64,000 nt of DNA from Desulfurococcales archaeon. GTDB taxonomy: Archaea > Thermoproteota > Thermoprotei_A > Sulfolobales > Desulfurococcaceae. Positions 60,229 through 64,000 of the stretch are shown piece after piece; within the stretch, counting starts at the first letter, position 1, and each line of letters starts with the position of its first letter. The DNA lies in the NCBI GenBank assembly GCA_027022365.1, contig JALVYU010000026.1:563320-627319 (forward strand), read 5' to 3'. The position numbers were made by a program, and so were the translations under genes. A model generated the notes under the pieces. The model did not search any database. It was not told the origin of the DNA and was given only the letters and a program-made list of their open reading frames with translations.

Positions 60229-60306
60229 TGGTGGGCCCGCGGGGATTTGAACCCCGGACCTCCGCCGTGTGAGGGCGGCGTCCTAACCAGGCTAGACGAC
60301 GGGCCC
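60229..60306 (-). tRNA. tRNA-Val(CAC), CCA encoded
   Basis: GGGCCCG...CCGCC-CT-CAC-AC-GGCGG...TTCAAAT...CGGGCCC-A-CCA. Confidence 0.97.
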
Positions 60307-60359
60307 TTTTCCTCTGTGTTTGTGAAAAATGGTGTTTCTGGTTTTATAATGGTTTTTCT

Positions 60360-61148
60360 CTAGCTTCCTATTATGAGTCCTTTGTCTTGTAGTATTCTTC
60401 TTAGGAGTTCTATTGCTGATAGGCTTGCCAGGTAGCTTGTCCTGGGGTTTGTGGGTGATGGTTTGTTCTCTACTACTATGTGTATGCGTGTTGCTTCCGA
60501 CTCTACTATTATTTCGTGCGTGTTTCTCTCGGTGTGGGGGTCTGCTACTACTTTTACTTTTGCTTCTATCCCGGCCGCGAGGCTTAGTGCAGCTGATACG
60601 TTCACGTTCTTCGGGTATTCCTTGACCGCTTTCTTGGCTTTTCCCTCGTAGAGTGTTTTTGGCTCCTTGATGTCTCCGAGCCCGAGAGCTCTCGGCGGTT
60701 TCCGTGTTATTAGCTCTGCCTTTCTTATCCCCGCTATTCTCGCCGCTCTTATCGCGTCGAGCCCGGCGATCGCCCCGGTGGGCACGTATATCCTTGCATT
60801 GTTTTTGATGGCTGTCTCTACGAGGCTGTTTCTCAGTCTGTCATCGAGGAGCGCGCCAACGCTCATTACCATGAAGTCTATGCCTGCCTCAAGCACTGTC
60901 TGCCCATATTGTCTTACTGCTTCTTGGCTGGCAGCCTCTACTATAAGTCTAGGCCGGGCCCTGATGATCTCCTCGACGCTCTCAACGCATTTGACTAGCT
61001 CGCCGTATTTTTCTTGGAGCTCTCTACACTTTCCTGGGATCGCGTCATACGCTATGATTTCTTCTACGCCGGGGATCACGCCTTTTGCCGCGGCCTCCGT
61101 TATTGTTGATCCTATCGAGCCACAGCCGATCAACCCTATTCTGGCCAT
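60360..61148 (-). CDS. nadX: L-aspartate dehydrogenase
   Basis: GCGSIG, VEAAS, SVGAL, GAIAGLD, TRKPP, PKNVNV, NPRTSYLA; clustered with nadA and nadC. Confidence 0.93.
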   Translation of the reverse strand: MARIGLIGCGSIGSTITEAAAKGVIPGVEEIIAYDAIPGKCRELQEKYGELVKCVESVEEIIRARPRLIVEAASQEAVRQYGQTVLEAGIDFMVMSVGALLDDRLRNSLVETAIKNNARIYVPTGAIAGLDAIRAARIAGIRKAELITRKPPRALGLGDIKEPKTLYEGKAKKAVKEYPKNVNVSAALSLAAGIEAKVKVVADPHTERNTHEIIVESEATRIHIVVENKPSPTNPRTSYLASLSAIELLRRILQDKGLIIGS

Positions 61149-61152
61149 TTGT

Positions 61153-62049
61153 TTATCGCCTCAACAGATAGTTTTTCTCGTTGTTCTCCTCGATAATCTT
61201 TACCACTTCTAGTTTGAGTCTTCTCCTCAGCGGGTTCATTGTGAGCATGCTGGAACTGATAACGTCTACACCTGTGGCAGCGTATTCGGCAACGTTATCC
61301 AGGCTTATCCCGCCGCTCGCCTCGAGGATGACGTGTTTTCTCAGCCCCTCCGTCTCGAGCAGCATCACTGACTCCCTGACCTGCTCGGGGCTCATATTGT
61401 CCAGCATAATGATGTCTGCTCCAGCCCGTGCAGCTTGTAGTGCTTGCTGCGGCGACTCTACTTCAACCTCTATTTTTGTCGCGAAGCTCGCCTTCTCCCT
61501 CGCTATGCTGATGGCCCTGCCGACGTCTCCTATGATCTTGAGGTGGTTGTCCTTGATCAGTATCATGTGGCTCAGGCTTAGCCTGTGCGTGTCTCCCCCG
61601 CCTGCCGCCACCGCTTTCTTGGCGAGATAGAGTAGTCCTGGCGGTGTCTTCCTGGTCGCAGCGACCCTTATCCCCGGTTTTTCGCTGCTGGCCCTCCTTA
61701 TCATGAGCTTGGTTGTTGTTGCGACGCTGTAGCAGTAGATCAGCATGTTCAGAAGAACTCTCTCCACGAATAATACTCGGGAGGCTTCTCCACGTAGGAT
61801 CATAACGGTCTTACCCGGCTCGACGGGCTCGCCGTCCTTTACCTGAGGCTCTGGATCTACCCCGGAGTAAGCCGCTATCTCTGCTGCTTCATCCATGCAT
61901 GCCGCGACGGCTTCGTCCTCAGAGATGACGTGGGCCTCGACAATTGTTCCCGGCTCTATCAATGTCTCGGTGGTTATGTCTCCGAAGAAGCCGTCTTCGA
62001 CGAGCCAGGAAAGATATCTCGGGAGCATGTAGGGCCTAGGGATCCTCAA
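61153..62049 (-). CDS. nadC: Quinolinate phosphoribosyltransferase
   Basis: ED..GDITT, ATRKT, HRLSLS..LIKDNH, IEVEVE, IMLDN, EASGGI. Confidence 0.95.
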   Translation of the reverse strand: MRIPRPYMLPRYLSWLVEDGFFGDITTETLIEPGTIVEAHVISEDEAVAACMDEAAEIAAYSGVDPEPQVKDGEPVEPGKTVMILRGEASRVLFVERVLLNMLIYCYSVATTTKLMIRRASSEKPGIRVAATRKTPPGLLYLAKKAVAAGGGDTHRLSLSHMILIKDNHLKIIGDVGRAISIAREKASFATKIEVEVESPQQALQAARAGADIIMLDNMSPEQVRESVMLLETEGLRKHVILEASGGISLDNVAEYAATGVDVISSSMLTMNPLRRRLKLEVVKIIEENNEKNYLLRR

Positions 62050-62101
62050 TTGTTTCCCTTGGAAAACATTGTTTTTGCCGGGTTATACGGGTTCTCCCGG
62101 C

Positions 62102-63019
62102 CTACTTGATCAGCTCTAGGCTCCTCCTGAGTATCTCGTTAACCTTCTTAAGCATGGTGGGATCGAGCTCTACGCGCGGCTTCATATTCTCCAGGCTCTC
62201 AACTATTCTCCTTAGACTTATCTTCTTCATATCGATACAGACGGCTCTGGGTTGGAGAGCGACAATGTTCTTGCCGGGATAGAGCTTCCTAGCCCTATAG
62301 ACCAGGCCCTCCTCTGTGCCTATGACATAGGTTCCTGCCTCTACCTCCCCGATCCTCCTGAGCATCTGGCTCGTGCTCCCGACATAGTCTGCCGCTAGCC
62401 TCGCCTCCCGCGGCGCCTCTGGATGCACCATGATATAGGGGTCCTCGTATTGTTTGCGCGCCTCGATAATATCTTCTAACCGCACCATGTACTCGTGGAC
62501 AGGGCAGTGTCCATTGCTTGGCACCGCGATGATCTTCTTCCCCGTCACCAGCGCCACGTGATCTGCCAGGTTCTTGTCCGGCCCGAACAATATAAGCTCG
62601 TCGTCTAGCCGTGAGACAAGCTTCGCGGCGGACGCGCTTGTCACGATATAGTCGGATACGGCCTTGGCGTCAATATTGCTGTTAACATAGATGACGAAGG
62701 GGGCACCATTATGTTTTTCCTTGGCTTCCAGTACTTGTCGTGGTGTAAGGAAGTCTGCGAGGGGGCATCTGCTATCGGGTACGGGGTGTAGCACGATCTT
62801 GTCCGGGTTAAGGGCCTTGGCCATTTCGGCCATGAAGCTTACGCCCGCGAACACTATGACGTCGGCATCGATGCTCATACTCTTCCTCGCGAGCTCTAAG
62901 CTATCACCGATATAATCAGCGATATCCTGTATTTCGGGTAGCTGATAATTATGTGCTAGGATAACGGCACGCCTGCGCCTCTTGAGCTCTTCAAGTCTTC
63001 TAACAAGCCCTTCATCCAT
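62102..63019 (-). CDS. nadA: Quinolinate synthase A
   Basis: LAHNYQ, GDSLEL, FMAE, CPLAD, YVNS, CPVH, HPE, GSTSQM, CIDMK. Confidence 0.96.
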   Translation of the reverse strand: MDEGLVRRLEELKRRRRAVILAHNYQLPEIQDIADYIGDSLELARKSMSIDADVIVFAGVSFMAEMAKALNPDKIVLHPVPDSRCPLADFLTPRQVLEAKEKHNGAPFVIYVNSNIDAKAVSDYIVTSASAAKLVSRLDDELILFGPDKNLADHVALVTGKKIIAVPSNGHCPVHEYMVRLEDIIEARKQYEDPYIMVHPEAPREARLAADYVGSTSQMLRRIGEVEAGTYVIGTEEGLVYRARKLYPGKNIVALQPRAVCIDMKKISLRRIVESLENMKPRVELDPTMLKKVNEILRRSLELIK

Positions 63020-63140
63020 GGATCACGACCTCCAAAACATAAGCACGTATTCCAGCCAAGCACTATGTATAGACACCAAATTATACCCATGCATGATCCA
63101 GTCACACCTTAATTAGGAGATGTAAACAACTACTATACAT

Positions 63141-63231
63141 GGCCCCGCGGTTCCCGGCGGCGGCATGGCCCCAGACGCCGGGCATAGCCCGGAGACAATG
63201 GATGAGGGGCCGGTCTCCTACCGCGGGGACA
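63141..63231 (+). ncRNA. H/ACA pseudouridylation guide RNA (single hairpin)
   Basis: 9-bp lower stem CCCCGCGGT/ACCGCGGGG followed directly by ACA; pocket CGGCGG / GTCTCCT; upper stem; K-turn CAGA...GGATGA; apical CCGGGC/GCCCGG hairpin. Confidence 0.8.
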
Positions 63232-63344
63232 AGTTCCACCGCTCCACACAGCCATACGCTCTGCTTAGAACAATGGATCACTTTGATGGGAAGAAAGTGG
63301 AACACTATAAATACTGATGTAGACAATGAAATAGTGATGAAGCC

Positions 63345-63650
63345 ACAATCTATATAAAGCCCCGCCCGCCCAATACAGTATCTGGACGCTTACCCAGGAC
63401 AAATGGAGACCCAAGCCCCCCAGGGGAAGCGTCCACAACATCACGCTTACAGAGGAAGCCCTACCCCTGGGACGCTTGGGTCTGACGGAGGAGCCAGACA
63501 AGCCCGAAAGGGCAGGGCCGAGCCCCTCCCACCCCTCTTCTAACAGAGAGGGGGGAGGAGCGTCTGCCCCCTAGCCTCAATTATAGGTGGCCCAGGGGGC
63601 TCCACAAACACCACGGCCCATCAAGGGAGGCCTCGCCCCCTTGCGGCCGC
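63345..63650 (+). promoter_or_regulatory. rRNA operon promoter (TATATAAA at 63351-63358) and structured 5' external transcribed spacer
   Basis: TATA box followed by GC-rich hairpins (e.g. GGACGCTT/AAGCGTCC, GCCC-GAAA-GGGC) up to the 16S start. Confidence 0.75.

Positions 63651-64000
<350 letters not shown>

Larger units (their letters stand above)
58561..60273. mobile_element. Two tandem tRNA-Val-integrated mini-cassettes (822 and 851 bp), each carrying a TA pair
   Basis: Three direct repeats of the tRNA 3' half bound two DUF433-DUF5615 operons; no integrase in the window. Confidence 0.8.

Overview
Chromosomal segment of a hyperthermophilic crenarchaeon, most likely Desulfurococcales (Staphylothermus/Desulfurococcaceae-like). 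This assignment rests on reverse gyrase, a high-GC 16S rRNA start, a crenarchaeal-type splicing endonuclease and BHB-intron tRNAs. Most of the window is core information-processing genes: rpl10e, dph2, csl4, rpoL, tfs, pcn, priS, GINS, aIF2alpha, nop10, tfb, aIF1, rpoP, glyS, endA, tmcA, cdc48, rgy and aIF5A. It also holds a complete glycine cleavage/SHMT cluster, a nadA-nadC-nadX operon, seven tRNAs (four with introns), a CRISPR array (17 perfect repeats plus 1 degenerate) with no cas genes in the window, and the 5' end of an rRNA operon. The most unusual structure is at tRNA-Val(CAC). Two ~0.8-kb cassettes, each carrying only a DUF433/DUF5615 (VapBC45-like) toxin-antitoxin pair, are stacked in tandem between near-identical copies of the tRNA 3' half that start exactly at the anticodon loop, and no integrase is present. 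Unannotated guide RNAs are also readable: a C/D-box sRNA predicted to methylate wobble U34 of tRNA-Glu(UUC), and an H/ACA RNA upstream of the rRNA promoter. A structured leader antisense to pre-tRNA-His is also present. All calls are from manual reading; no database searches were run.
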